From the NCBI GenBank assembly GCA_973895155.1, contig OZ316898.1:11431187-11495186 (forward strand): a stretch of 64,000 nt of DNA. The letters are read 5' to 3'. The stretch is from Marsupella aquatica. Lineage: Eukaryota; Plantae; Marchantiophyta. Under the pieces are notes generated by a model. That model did no database searches, was not told the DNA's origin, and worked only from the letters and a program-made list of their open reading frames with translations. The position numbers and the translations under genes are program-made. Numbering within the stretch: the first letter of the stretch is position 1; each line of letters begins with the position of its first letter. Below, piece by piece: positions 37,651 to 51,167 of this stretch.

Positions 37651-38776
37651 TTACCAACAGTTTGCAATTATATTTATATACCCCTAAAATATATGAACTG
37701 TTTGTCACCGTTGTAAGGCTAAATTTTTCAGCCTTGCGCACTTCGAGAAACTTCATTTTTCAGTGCTGTGACATATCAAGTCGCCAAAACGAATTGGGAA
37801 ACGAATGATGTGTGCAGTATTGGACATTATACCCACTGCACAAGTCTCTGTGTCTTTGCTTCCGCGTCTTTCGCTCCAATGACTTGGCAATTGTACATTC
37901 TGAATCTTTCTAGTGGTATTAACAAAAGTTCCTCCAGCTTCATCACCTTAGTGTCCAAATTCAGGACAACAAACTTCGGACGACCCATGCCCCCGGTGAT
38001 TCCATCCTAAGCCCCAAAACTTGACTTCCCTTTCGGTAGAGTCTCCTGTAGCCACCATCAATAACTTTGAAGACTAGTTTCTGACAATGTGTGTAGTTAG
38101 ACCCTGCCAAACTATTGAAATATGTTTTCCACGTACCCAACTCAGTCCCGACACTTACCAAAAGGTTATGTATCACCATCATTCATACTAATCTTCAGAT
38201 AAAGAAACCTGACCAGATAGACATTGAAACAAATTTACTGATGCACTGAAAGCAGAGACACCGTCAATCATATGATCCCAAGGCTTAGGGACTACATCAT
38301 GGGATTTCTAGCGCATAGCCACACTGAAAATCCGAACCCCAATTACTGTACAGTGATTGGCTTTGGTGCAGGGCTATTACCATGCCCAAATGCCAAACTA
38401 GAGAGCAGTGCGCAGAACATGGAGACACCTCTGACGGAGACGTCTTTCCTTCTATGCCGGACATGGAAAATAAACACTCGATAGTGCTCGGCACCAACAG
38501 AACCTTTCAAAGAGTGTCGAACCAGCCACACGGGAATGGACCCAGCATTAGGCACTAAACCGATATGTTGACGCATTGTCATTGAGCTGCAAAGTTCTCG
38601 AGCTAGGGAGTATGGATCTGCGTTAATGCAGAGAAATCAGTCCCTGCCAAATCTCGTGCGGCCCTACAAACCAATCGGCCACAGAAGTTCTCCATTTGAA
38701 CTGGCACAAATATTGTTTGATGCGCAGTCAATGGCGCTATATTACACACATCCTGGGCAGCTCAAACTGCAAGTTC

Positions 38777-40781
38777 TCAGTCTGGAAGAGCTGTGCCCCT
38801 TTCCAAGTTGTTTTTAATCTCGACAGTGTACTTCCCAAAGGCTCGCTCAATCTTACGATTGAAGTGCTCATTTCGGTCGTTGATTGAATCAATGTCCTTC
38901 TCATCATGAAATTTACGCCTGCGACTGAACTCCTTACGCATGCCACCTCTTTCTGTGAGTTCTTTGACCATTTTATCAATGTTTTCCTCCGGAATCTCTG
39001 GTGCCTGTGGATGACATGTGATGAGTTTTATGGATAGCTCAGGAAGATCACTCATAAATCGTTCTCAAGTCAGCTAAAAAAGTTGGAAAGTTTTGTCACG
39101 AGTACGATAAATCTCAAAAGTGCAATCTAGTGAGTCCTGCTTTAAAGGCAATGTCCTTACAGACTCATGGGTACAAACACTACACAGAATTTAGTGAAGT
39201 TCATTATCCAACATTTAGCCACGGCAGAAATGAAGATGTACATGACCACAAAGGAACAAGCTCAGAGTCCTATCTCATACCTTCCCATATTGCAGGCTGC
39301 TGCCATCACGATAAAAGTCAGGATCCGCTTCCCTAGCTTTCATGTAGTCCTCCATCCCATACGGGACATTCTTCGTTCTTTTCTTATACGCGTTGTACAA
39401 TGACTTCTGGTTGAAAACTGAAGCATCCAAGAGGACAGAAGCGCAAACGTAAGTCTTTATCGGTCAAACCGTTTACTTCCACGGTCCCTTGAACAAATCC
39501 GTCTGGTCTGTGGCCACTAATATCAACAACAACAATTACAGAACGCTCAGGGAGGAATGCCCACGAGTACATTGCAACTTTGAGGCCCTGCTTTCCACCC
39601 ATCCACAACCTATTCTCTCGTGTTAATGTGAATTTGATGAGACAGCAAGTGCGGCAAGCAAGCAATGTCCTAGAGGAGATCTTGCACAGAGCACTGAGCA
39701 AAGGCAAGGAGAACAGAGTCCAGGAAGGCTAGAACTGATGAATCAAATCAACATTTCCCAACTGTTAACATCCTTACAACATTAAACATGTTACTCACCG
39801 TCCCATCCGAAAGGTGCTGGTTTTTTCTCCCATTTGTCATACTTCGCTTCGGCCTGTTCCTGAGTGTCAAGCATGTACGATTTGGTTATATCTAGGCCAT
39901 TTGCGTCCAGAACTTTCCCTAAGCGCTTCTGCCTCTCCTCGAACCATTTCTTCTTGGACACCCCTCGAACTTCTTCTGGAGCAGTCTCCCGCTTCTTTTC
40001 TGCCACAATAGCAGTCTGATTTGCCTTTCGAGCAGCATTCTGAACACGACGTTGGAAAAAAATCAAACAACCAGCTATTGCAATTTTCTCGTTTAAGAAA
40101 TTTAGGGGTTTTCAAACGACAAAACAAAATCTCTCAAAAAGTCGGACATGGAGAGAGAAGCAATCTCAGACAGGGCCAAAGAAGGCTCAAGGTGCTCATT
40201 AAAATCCCTCTGCTTTTCGGACAATAGCGAGTAAGGGAACAGGAAACGAACCATCTTAAGCCGCAAATCGAACAGTTTCCTCTGCTTCTCGTTCATGTGC
40301 GCATACGCTTCTCTGTTCCTCTCCTCTTCAGCCTCTCGTTCCGCCTCATCAACCTCGGCAGACTGCGCAGCATCCTCTCGACCTACGGCAAGATTATCAC
40401 CACGACGAGACGACAACTAAGATTGCGACCAAACCCTAAAAGCCAACCTCTGTGTTTGCGAGCACCTTTAAGTCACGATATTGAAACAATTTCATGCGCC
40501 TCGCCTTTCCTAAATATCCCCGCCTTATAGCGTGAGCCGAGCCTCGAGCAAGGGAATGAAAACAGGCTACAATATCACATACCCGGTGATGTCATCGGCG
40601 GAGGGTCGGAAGCAGCAGCAGTGGTGTTTTCGTCGGGTTGAGCCTCCTCGCCCTCCTGTTTTCGTGCATTGGCCTCCGCAATCCGTCTGAAGCAGTAATC
40701 CGTGCACTCATGGAAGGGATTGCCCACGTTTATGCAATCGGGATGCACACCGCGCGCTCCCCCTCCTCCTCTTTCCGCCAT
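38777..40781 (-). CDS. SYF2: Pre-mRNA splicing factor SYF2 (GCIP-interacting p29 family), 5 exons, 311 aa
   Basis: Exons 40781-40583, 40382-40252, 40039-39799, 39417-39281, 39004-38777 in phase. Motifs KLFDLRLKMNAARKANQ, PFGWDVFNQKSLYNAYKKR, KEFSRRRKF, DIDSINDRNEHFNRKIERAFGKYTVEIKNNLERGTAL; plant N-terminal HPDCINVGNPFHEC motif. Confidence 0.95.
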
Positions 40782-41127
40782 GATCGCCAACCCAAAACAG
40801 CAATCTCTGGCTGGTCCCGTTCAGCAGTGTGGAATGGAACCACAGGACTCACAGGAGACCATCTCCGGAGCGATACAGCTCAAAAGTTCGACAACCTGAA
40901 CCCCTAATTATTTGTCGAGTGAGCTCAAACCTGACCAACTTGAACGATGCACAATTTCATGTCCGACTCTGCCTCGGTCCTTAAATAATCGTGAGTCCAA
41001 TCCTGTTTCAATTCATTGTTCTATGGTCTCTTCTCCAAACGACAACGAACAACTTATCACAGACTAGGTACACACTCCATAAGTGCAACCCTGGATAATT
41101 GCATGGAGACCTGTTAGTGTCAGTATG

Positions 41128-41355
41128 TGCAATTTATATCCCCTCATGCACTTGTGAGAACCCTAAACTTGCAAGTGTACACTTAGCCGTGGTTTGCACT
41201 TGCATGTTTGTCACTAGCTAACATGACTTGCACATATGCAAACTACAGACAGTATATATATGCAATTTATATCCCCTCATGCACTTGTGAGAACCCTAAA
41301 CTTGCAATTGTACACTTAGCCATGGTTTGCACTTGCATGTTTGTCACTAGCTAAC
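41128..41355. repeat. 95-bp direct duplication upstream of SYF2
   Basis: 41128-41222 and 41261-41355 differ at 2 positions. Confidence 0.9.
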
Positions 41356-42417
41356 TACAAGAAAAGGTGAAATACATGCAAAGTCTCCAAATTTTGGGGA
41401 AGAAGAGAAGCACTTCGCACTAAAACCTGTATAGCATTGATATCAGTATCTCCCGTCTCATAGGACCCAAGCCATAATGAAATGCCAGACACCTTAAACC
41501 ACCACTAGCCATGACAAAACCTGGTTCCCCATGTGTCACCAATAGTGGTAACTTTTTCCTAAAATTTTGGAGCATCCAGGCAGGTAGATGAAAGGAGTGA
41601 CTGTAAAGTGTAAAAAATGGGGAAGTCTTTGGACACTTTCCCCTTATATTTGGCCAGGGGAAGTACAAAGGGGTACTTTTGGACAATGATTGTGGCTGAT
41701 TAGGTGTAAAGTGTCTTGGAATAGGATTGTAAGTGATGAGGTCTTAGGTATAGTTCTTACATAAGTGAGTTCTCCTAAATTAAGGACTAGTTTAGGAAGT
41801 CTCTAGATAAGGGAGGCCTTTAAATTGCATTGAGTATTGACCAGTGATTGCTAATTTAATTTCACTTAAACTTAGAATATTTTCTATGGACAGTCTAGGA
41901 AGTTAAAGTTCCATGGACCACCACATTTCACAATATGTGAGGATTGACCACTGGAACCCGTATGGACCACTCTGTACATTATTTTTCACTACTATAGCTA
42001 GCGCCTTTCTTTTGTATAAGTGTACACTATTTTGGGGTGGTGGAGTCACAAAGTCAAACTTTGTGGTCTACCTAAGAATCTACTTCATTTTTGAGGGGAT
42101 TGGTTGAGCAAAATAATGATTACTCATAAGACAACATGCACATAAGCAACATCCACTGAGTACACAAGTAGTCGACATAAGAGATGTGTAGTTCACCTCA
42201 GTGAAGGCTGTGTTCATTGGAACACACAAAAGAGCTTTATTGAACTCTAAGTTTGTCGGCAGTACCAAATCTCCACAAACTAAGCACTTCCAATCTACTA
42301 ATTGGCTCCATAAGAATAAGCCTTAGTTGCATCCACTAAGTAAGTCTTGCTAGTGTAAGTAATAGTTGCACATCTAATCGTAACTAAACACCTGACTACG
42401 GTTTGACGAGCTGCAGT

Positions 42418-42507
42418 TACATAGTAACGCTAAACTTAAGAGTAAGTACATAGTAACTCCAACCTAAGAGTAAGTACATAGTAACTCTAAACCTAAGAAT
42501 AAGTACC
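42418..42507. repeat. Three tandem copies of a 28-29-bp unit
   Basis: TACATAGTAAC.C.AA(A)C.TAAGA.TAAG repeated. Confidence 0.85.
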
Positions 42508-43250
42508 TAACAAGATTCTGTGTTTTGTAAAATATTTGTCTTTTATTCTTGTTTCTCATGGAAAATGTCATCTGAATATGAAATTAAGATATTCATGCAA
42601 CATTGTAGAGAGAATCCTACCTAACCCTTGCCTGAACCTACTCTTCAGAATCCACGGACTAGAGGCTTTACTTTGGGGCATAACTGAAGTTGGGATGCAG
42701 GTGGAAAACATGATTGGGGGCAAAATGAACCTCTAAAAACGGCACAACATGTGATAAATCACTGGAAACCCATTGTGACCCCAAATCAGTGAACTGCAAC
42801 AGGCTTGAATGGCCTCACCTATATTTACTTTCAAGGAACTTGCAATCAAGCTAGTTACAGCCTCTTCTCTATGGTGTCCCTTATAAAAGTTTTCTAGGGG
42901 TGTCACTTTCTAAGGAGTAGGGTGTCTTCAGAAGGTTTCTTTGTCCCTGGTGGCACATTCTAATGTGGTAATCAAAGTCGTGGACAGGCAAGCTTGAAAA
43001 TGCACATATGATATGTTGTGGATGGTAACTAAGTCTTGCAGAAAGGAGAGATACTGCAGAGGGCGCCAAGGGGTTAGTGTGATCGTTGAAATCTGGGCCA
43101 CTTCTGTATATAAGCACAAAGCGTCTCCACCCATTTCTTTCCATTTTCCCTTCTACCTCCTGAGCTGATGATTAATTGTAATAGTTGAAGTGGTTAGGAC
43201 TTGATACCACATCAAAGATACCCGGGCTCCAAAAGCCCTGAGTTCCTGCC

Positions 43251-43758
43251 GATTCTGCCCTTCAGGCAAGGGTTACCCTTCGCTGTCTTCCATAATTGAT
43301 TCTGCCCTTCAGGCAAGAGTCACCCTTCACTGTCTTCCATAATTGCGAGGTCATGCTTCGTTTGTGATATCTGCATCTGCCTCTGTGACATGTCGTTACG
43401 GTTCTGACTAAGCAATCCCAAGGTTTTTAAAGAGTTTTCTGAATGCATCAATCAAGTGATCTCTCAGTGCTTGTTGCAAACTCATCTTTCAAGAACCCTT
43501 TGACATTTCAAGAATATCTTTGACGTGGTTGGGGACAGATTGGAGAGAATTGGGCACTATTCTGACGCGGACTGGAACATTTTGCTCATAATACTATTGA
43601 TGATCCTGAGAGTACACCCTGCTGCTGCAGCTTCCACACGGGACCTCTTGAGGCTGTCGTCCCATTTCGAAAACAGCCTTGCTGCCTCAGCTTCCACACG
43701 GGACCTCTTGAGGCTGTCGTCCCATTTCGAAAACCGCCTTGCTGCCTCAGCTTCCACA
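43251..43758. repeat. Two local tandem duplications (47 bp x2 at 43251-43344; 60 bp x2.3 at 43621-43758)
   Basis: Near-identical adjacent copies visible directly in the sequence. Confidence 0.9.
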
Positions 43759-45213
43759 GTTTCCGGCACTCGGGACCACTAGCACACTGGACGCCACTTA
43801 GGCTTCTCCAACCACTTCCTGGGCCCTTGAAGTGAAATAACATAACAAGGAATTGTGTATAATCCACATTCGCCCTTCAATGAATTTATTTCCTATTTGC
43901 TCATTTTTGAAAATAAAACACTGGAAACTCGGGCAGTGCCCCGATGAAATCACACATCGAGAAGAGCCTCCCTATTTTCGGGGCATGACTAAATGGCCAA
44001 CTCCTCTGCGCGTATTCATGCGAATGATTCTTCGAAAGGCTTCTCCAAGACTCGGTCTCCAATTTGTTCCACTAACAGTTCCGAATCATATGCCGGTGTG
44101 GAACTGGAACTCATTAATCCCTAGTATTTAAGCATCCGTAATCACCCCCCCACCTCTACACCACCCGTAGATGAAGTTCGGCGTAGAAGAGAACGAGGTC
44201 CAAACATGTCAGGACAATAAATGAATACTCCTCAACACCACAATTTTTAAGATACAGTATTTGTCAGGCGTTATTCTCCTTTAAGAGGACTTGGAGGTAT
44301 GATGGTAACACTGATTCCAGATTCTTGACTATCGTTATTCCAGAAAACCCGGGCCTTTTTGTTTCCAAGTATTCGACTTGACCACTTTGATAGGAAGGAA
44401 ATAATGACCAAACTCGCCAAGAAGTTATGGAAGCACAGGATAAATCATCCTCATAAATATGAAATCTCTCAGAATACTCCATACGCATCTTGACACGTAT
44501 TACCTCCAGCATGTCAGCAGCAGAGCCAAGAATAGTGTGAAGGGACAAACAAAAACAATACAAAACAAGTGGAACTTCAATAGAACTGCAACGTTACAAA
44601 AAGCAGTACCGAGCTCTGTATGGGAAAGAAGTAGAAAAAGTTGGAATAGTCACCTCAGGATTGTCAAACAATCTTCTTTGGTATTCATGGGGCAAGTACA
44701 AGAAAACTCCCAAAGATTCATGCAAGTTTACATAAATTGACCAGATTGCGCCTTGTCCCGCCTGGAACTTGGAGCGGGATAGAGACCTTCAATTTACTCC
44801 TTCCCTCTACCCAGTAAGCCGGGTATGATAAATTTACAGACATGACCCATGATAAAGCCCACAACTGGCTAGCTTCTGTGGACTGACCTAGAGGATAAAA
44901 TGGATTTCCTCCGCTCCTTTCTTGTCACCTCCACATGAGTATGAATTTGGACAGAGGGGCATGAGCCAATACTAGAATTACGGGCTTGGTGCGTCAAATG
45001 TATTCCTAGAAAGCTAAAAACGGAGCAAAAGACACCGACTAAGGAGAATTGGTAGCCAATACAATCAATATTACATACAACTGATGGAAAACCCGGAGAA
45101 TTGGCAGGCAGAGGCTCCTTTCCAAGCTGACATGAAACTGCTCCAGCAACCAGGAAAGCTTCTTATATCAATACAAAGGCAATCTCCCGAGAATGAGTCT
45201 CAAACAAAGCTCG

Positions 45214-48200
45214 CTATCGGCTGGAACTTCGTCTGCTTCCCATTCCCCTGAGAAAGCTTAATCTCATCCGGTGTGTGAAAGAATCGACCCTGCCGCCTGC
45301 TGTCAGGCTTTGGTTAGTTTCGCCCCCTTCGACCGACTCATTTTGCTCCGCTTCTTTAATCTCCACATCGAGAAGAGATGCCGCAATGGCGTCCATAACC
45401 ATCTGTAGACACCAGTCTAGAGATGAGGAGAATTACTACTCAAGCTTGCAGGATAACAGTGGTTCGGCAGAACAATTGCCGAGAACATTATGATCCTTTC
45501 AGATGTTTGTTGTAGGCCACGGGAAAGAAAAGGAAGGAGGGGGGATGGGGATGCGAGAAGACACATGGATTTATAGATGAACGTTAGCAGGGGGAAACCA
45601 CAATATACTTACCATAGAAGTGAAACAAATAGTAATTTAGAAGTCAGCTCACCAAGCTATCAGTGCTAGCAACTCGGATTAATATTCGAAGCAAAAAAAA
45701 AAAACTGATCACAAATCTGCCTCATTGATCTCTAAACTTTAAATCAGTCAGCGAATTTCGACGAAGGGATGAAGGTTCCGAGCATACTCTTTCTTCATCA
45801 TCACGATTTGATGGGAAGTTTGCAAAACTATCCTCTGTGTGAGGTGACATCTCTCCAGAGCTAACCCGGCTAGCTCCATTGGATGACTGAACGTCCCAGC
45901 TCCCATTGAAATCCTTGGAGGTCCCGTATCGAGCAAAATCATCTCGAAAGTTACCATGATCTCCGTTCTATCCCAAAACAAAACAAGAAAGGTGTGAATT
46001 TCCTGAAGCTGAGAGTGCCGACCATGCAAATACACGAAGGAAAAAGGAACATGAATATGATCCATTCAGATACTCAACCAAATTTATCATCCGGTAGATC
46101 ATTGAATATCGCATTCTCAGAACTAAAGTCTCAAAACAGCAGTTCTCGTACCTCAACAGCAGAAAACGATGATGAACCTTCTAGTGCATTTGTTGATAAA
46201 TCACTTCTCAATAACTCGAGATCATCTTGTGAGTTGGAAGTGTTTACCGGAACCTGAATAACATGCGACAACTCGTTCCAAAATCAAAGGGAACCTAGAG
46301 GTGCTTTCAAAGAACCCAAATACACAAGGAAGGTACTACTGGGATGCATCAGCTAATTATTGGTTAGTTCTACACAACGTACCACAGTTCTACTCATCTG
46401 CCAGCGGGAGCGAGTTTGATTAATTGCTTCTTCTGTAGACTCAGGAGTCTGACCTGCAAAAGTAAAACTCCATACTTCAATATTCTGACAACCCCTGCTA
46501 TTGACACTCTGGTTGTCAAACAGCAGCTCATTTCACAATAAGCTCCGTCAGAGTGACAAAGCCATGTCAGGTGGGACGCTGAGGAGCCCGGTACAATCAA
46601 ACTAAATAGTTCACCCTAAATTCTCCGTGTAAAACTGTGGGCAATCAGGAAATGTTGCATCTTGAAAATAGTCAACCGAATAGTTCGCTCATGACCATGC
46701 ACAAAGAACAAACTGAGTCGATCAGGCTCTCAGTCCTTCGCACATATTTTCTTTTTCCCATAAAATTGTGAGATAGTCCAATCAGGAGGCGTCAGTAGTC
46801 ATCCTAGGTATAAATCCAAAGGAAATGATGATCAAGGGACAGCTTTGATTACCTGGAGTAGGCGTTGAGGGCTGATGGGTTCCATTTTCTTGCAAAGAAG
46901 CTCCCATTATTTCATACAAAATACTCTGCATCAACCAGATATGTTAACTTCGCTTCAGCCTACAATCAAAACGGAAGCATTCGAAATCCATTCACTCGTG
47001 AGTGTTCTACTATCATTTCCAGTACGATCAGTGATGACTAGAGTTTGGCCCTCTACATTAACATTTCGAAGTAAGATCATTGACAAATAGATCTAGGCCC
47101 GAAACGCTTCCATGTTATATTATTGATAAATAGATCTTCATGGCACCGAGATAAAGTAGGCAACTGTCAACAAAATTTACTTTTCAACATCATTGGACAA
47201 CCAACCTCATCCACGTCGTCCTCTATGTTCAACTCATCGGCATCGTAAAATTGAGTGTCTCCAACTTCAGGTGCAACGGGTTCATCAGGTGGGCGCAGGA
47301 TGTTGTAAAAAAATATAGTGATAGAGTCGTAGTAAAATTGTGGACGAGGAGAATTGTGATCCCCTGCAAACTTTATAATGTTCTTATCACCCTGTATCAT
47401 GCACAAAGAAAGGAAGAATACAACAGATTAAATTTTGTAATTAACCTAAATTAGCAAGAGGATTGCACGAGCATCTCAAAGATTTCCCTTGACATTCTCT
47501 TCTAATGACTCGTTCCCCCATAAGGCATGTACGCTTAAAATCCATTTTCAGTTCAAGTGTTTGCATCCATGACATAGTCAAGGCAGGGGGATTCCTTGGC
47601 AGACCCAATTCAAGGACATCAACAACTAGACTCAATACTCTTTACAAACCGGACATCTGAAAAGGGCCAGACCAGATCCTAGCTCATCTTCCCTCGAAAT
47701 CATCCTAATCGCTCATTGTAGAACCCCTACATGAATATTACCCAAAAACAACATTGTAGTACAGTATCTTCCAGCTGAGTATCAACGAGAGATCATGAGC
47801 CCTACCGAATAGTTCTTGAACAGGAGATCGGAATGATGAGGTTGGATAAAAAGGTCCTCAGTAGCATGACCAAAAAGCGCAGGAATAAATGATTTTGTTG
47901 CTGCCTGCACCAACACAACGACTAATACAAAGCGTAAGGTCAAGCTTTCGCCACTGCAACTGCTCATAGCTATTTAAGAAGCACTCACGATAAGCTCTCT
48001 CCTCCAAAGCAGTTTTCAAGCTTTGGTGCTGGACCCAAATGACATCCCTTCATTAAAAGATGAACTTGCAAACTTTGAGCTTCAAAAACGCTCCTGGAAA
48101 CAAAGAAATTTATGTGCAATCGACAGTCACACGAGATCCAAACAACTACAATCTGCAGCGACCAAATCATTCATGGAGCAAACGCTATGGCAGCAAGGCC

Positions 48201-51167
48201 CTGGATCGGATATACCAAGCTCTCCAGATGAACCTCGGACAAAGCAAGAGAGACACAACTTTCAATTTGAATATTCTATCAAAACCCAGCTGCCAAATAC
48301 ACACCTGAGTGGTATCTAGATCCATAATGTCGAAGGTAGCTTTCTTTTGGATGACTTTGCGCATATATTGGACAGCCACCTTCACCTGGCAGATACCAAC
48401 AAGCGAATTTCCTAACATAAGGCAGTGATACAAAACGAACTTAATTCTAGCAAATCCAGAAGACGAAACAAAATTAGAATACGACGGAAAACTAAGGCCT
48501 TCGCGTAGCCTGCAATTACTCTATAACTTCTGAAAAAAGGAAACTCTGATTACCATCCACACAATAGGGGCAATAACCAAAAAAATTGTTCACATCACAA
48601 ATCTAATTCGGTGCTCACATCCGAAGCACAACTAAGACTTGCAGAGAAGAAATTAAAATCTGAAAAAGCTTCACGAAGGTGACATTTTCCACGCCATCCT
48701 TAAGACACGCATATCTATAAACTCTTGCAGGTAAAACTCCCAGCTCCTTTACTTCCTCTGATCAATTTCTTTGCCGCTTTGTTTTATTATGGTCTATATC
48801 AAGATTTCACAAAACGCCTGTCTAAGGAATTCTACATCCGGCGGGGTCCCTTACTTGCGCAAAATCGCTGTGAAACCTGGCCTTTAGGATCCGAAAACAG
48901 GGACGAGTCCAAATAAGACGCGTCACATTTTATATTCCATTGAACAGACCAATGTATATAGTATAAGTAGAAAGCTTACAGTAAATTTCGGTAGGCGGAT
49001 TTTGTACACATCAACTAGCTCCATCATCAGATCAAAGAGATTGGAGAAAGGGCTATCGACCACCATCCCTGCAATGGATGGATCCTCAGCTCCATACATG
49101 AGACTGAAACATCATTACAAAAACTTCTTGGTGAGATGGACGTTTGCATAATCAACTTATACGAAACTCACAGTTGGTCGGGATAATATACAAAGTAATT
49201 TTCCTTATCATGAACACTGTAACCTGCAGCAATGCCATAAAGGGAAGAGAGGAACAGCACCAGGTGACAGCGCCCATTGAGCGACCCCAAAGACCTATTC
49301 TCGACACCTGCTTGTCAGTTCTCAGATGTGTGACGACCGCATTTAGATCTTTCATCTGTGTGAAACAATGTCCGGATAAACATAGCAATCCAGATTAGAA
49401 TTTTCCTGCAATTTTGCCAACTCGAGGAATCCATCAGTCCTACATACCATACCTGTTTATGTCACCATCGCATACGACTACTGGCTAGACTACTCACATT
49501 AACCCCCCTTCAACGGCATTTCTCAATCTCACCAGGAGCGAGACTGGAAATCTATAGATGAAGGGAATTTACCTCGTTCCATCCAAGGCTCACATAATCT
49601 CCATCCGAAAGACCAGAACCTGAAAAGTCGAGCGTGAATACGGTTATATTTGAGGGGAGAAGAATGATGGCTGCTTCATTTGCATCTGCTCTACAACCAC
49701 TGCGCACACACATACAAAGAGTAATCAGTCAATTGCATCATTTAAACACATCAGCCCTGTGACCTTGAATTCTACACAGGTCGCATGGACGGTAATCTTG
49801 GTTGACGATGAAGTAACCAGATTTTTGAACATTATCATAATTAAAACTTTAAGCATAACTAAAGCGTTTTCCTACAACCCATGCCGGAACTAGTGAAGGA
49901 ATTGTCCGGCTCAAGTACCTGTTACCATGGCAGTAGATGACGCAAGGCAAGGAGGTATCTTCTGGGATGTTTTGAGGTAGATAATGACTGCATTGCAATG
50001 CATGACCTCTACCGTTTTTGACCTGTCAAAGAGAATTTCCGTGAGCTCAGAGTCCCGCTCAGTTTCTTCCAAGCGTGAATTTCAGGACAGACAAGTTATG
50101 AAATACTTGTTATCATCACAAGGGTAAAATATTATTTAATGTTACGAATGGTCTCACAAAACCAACCCTACAAGCACATTCTTCCGCTCTTCAATTCCCT
50201 TTGCGAGCGCGCTGAGAAACTCATAATATGTAATCAAGTACGAGACTTGCCTGCAAATCATTCCGCTGATACTTGCGACCCTTCAACAAAAACTCACTCT
50301 CCAAAAGGTCCTGGGCCGGAGTATATTTAGCCCTGCAAAATCCAGACTACTTATTATAACGACCCTCTGAGATGGTCAACTCATTTAATTGGACGACTTC
50401 ACGATAGACCAACGTTGGCAGGCGATATTGTCCATGTCGTCATGTTGCATTGCTAGATAGTTGGCTGAGACCTACGACCAATACCAACTTATTAAAATAA
50501 GATCATCAAGATCATTTGCAGCGAGGGCTTCACAATTGCTTTCCCAGACTTGAAAAGCAAGAATAGATGTGACGTTGTCTCCCAAGTCAAATAATGTTTT
50601 CCTACATATAAACTTTGCAGGACAACAAAACGGCATACGGTGGAAGAACTTTCCAATTTCCTCCACTCGTGATTTCAAAAAACTGCTGCTTGACCGGGAT
50701 AATGCCATGTACTTGAATCATTGCATGCATTGCAAATAAGGATGATGGGAAAAACTTCCAACTAGTTGTAAGCAGTGATGTAGTCTTGATTATTTGAAAC
50801 AATGCCTATTCTGTCTCATCAATTCTCAAACGGCGGGACCACACTACTGACACCTGAACCTACAAGTAATGTGGAAATTGAGTACAACCACTGAATCACT
50901 GTTGGTAGGAAGAAACCCACTGCACAGACAACCGACGCTTCTACGCGCAAAAATTGAGACAGCGTGCATGCTCATAGCAACGATATGCAGGAGAACGTCG
51001 AGTATATGATCTTAAGCTCCGAGTGTGGTTGATGACGATGTGCGAGAAAGGCAAAAGGCATAAATTTTAACTCCCCGGAGGCTAAAGACGAACGAAGAAG
51101 AGTGAGGGGAGGAGAAAGAAAAGAACCTTGGGGGCCGAATAACGAAGTTTACAAGTTGCTCAATCAT
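45214..51167 (-). CDS. Alpha/beta-hydrolase superfamily protein (YqkD/At4g14290-like), 14 exons, 517 aa
   Basis: Exons 51167-51127, 50332-50251, 50022-49919, 49699-49573, 49355-49261, 49103-48980, 48385-48305, 47904-47806, 47391-47206, 46925-46853, 46453-46383, 46253-46152, 45967-45788, 45402-45214 all in phase. Motifs MIEQLVNFVIRPPR, YCHGNSG, nucleophile GRSMG, HATED, GDHNSPRP. Confidence 0.93.
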
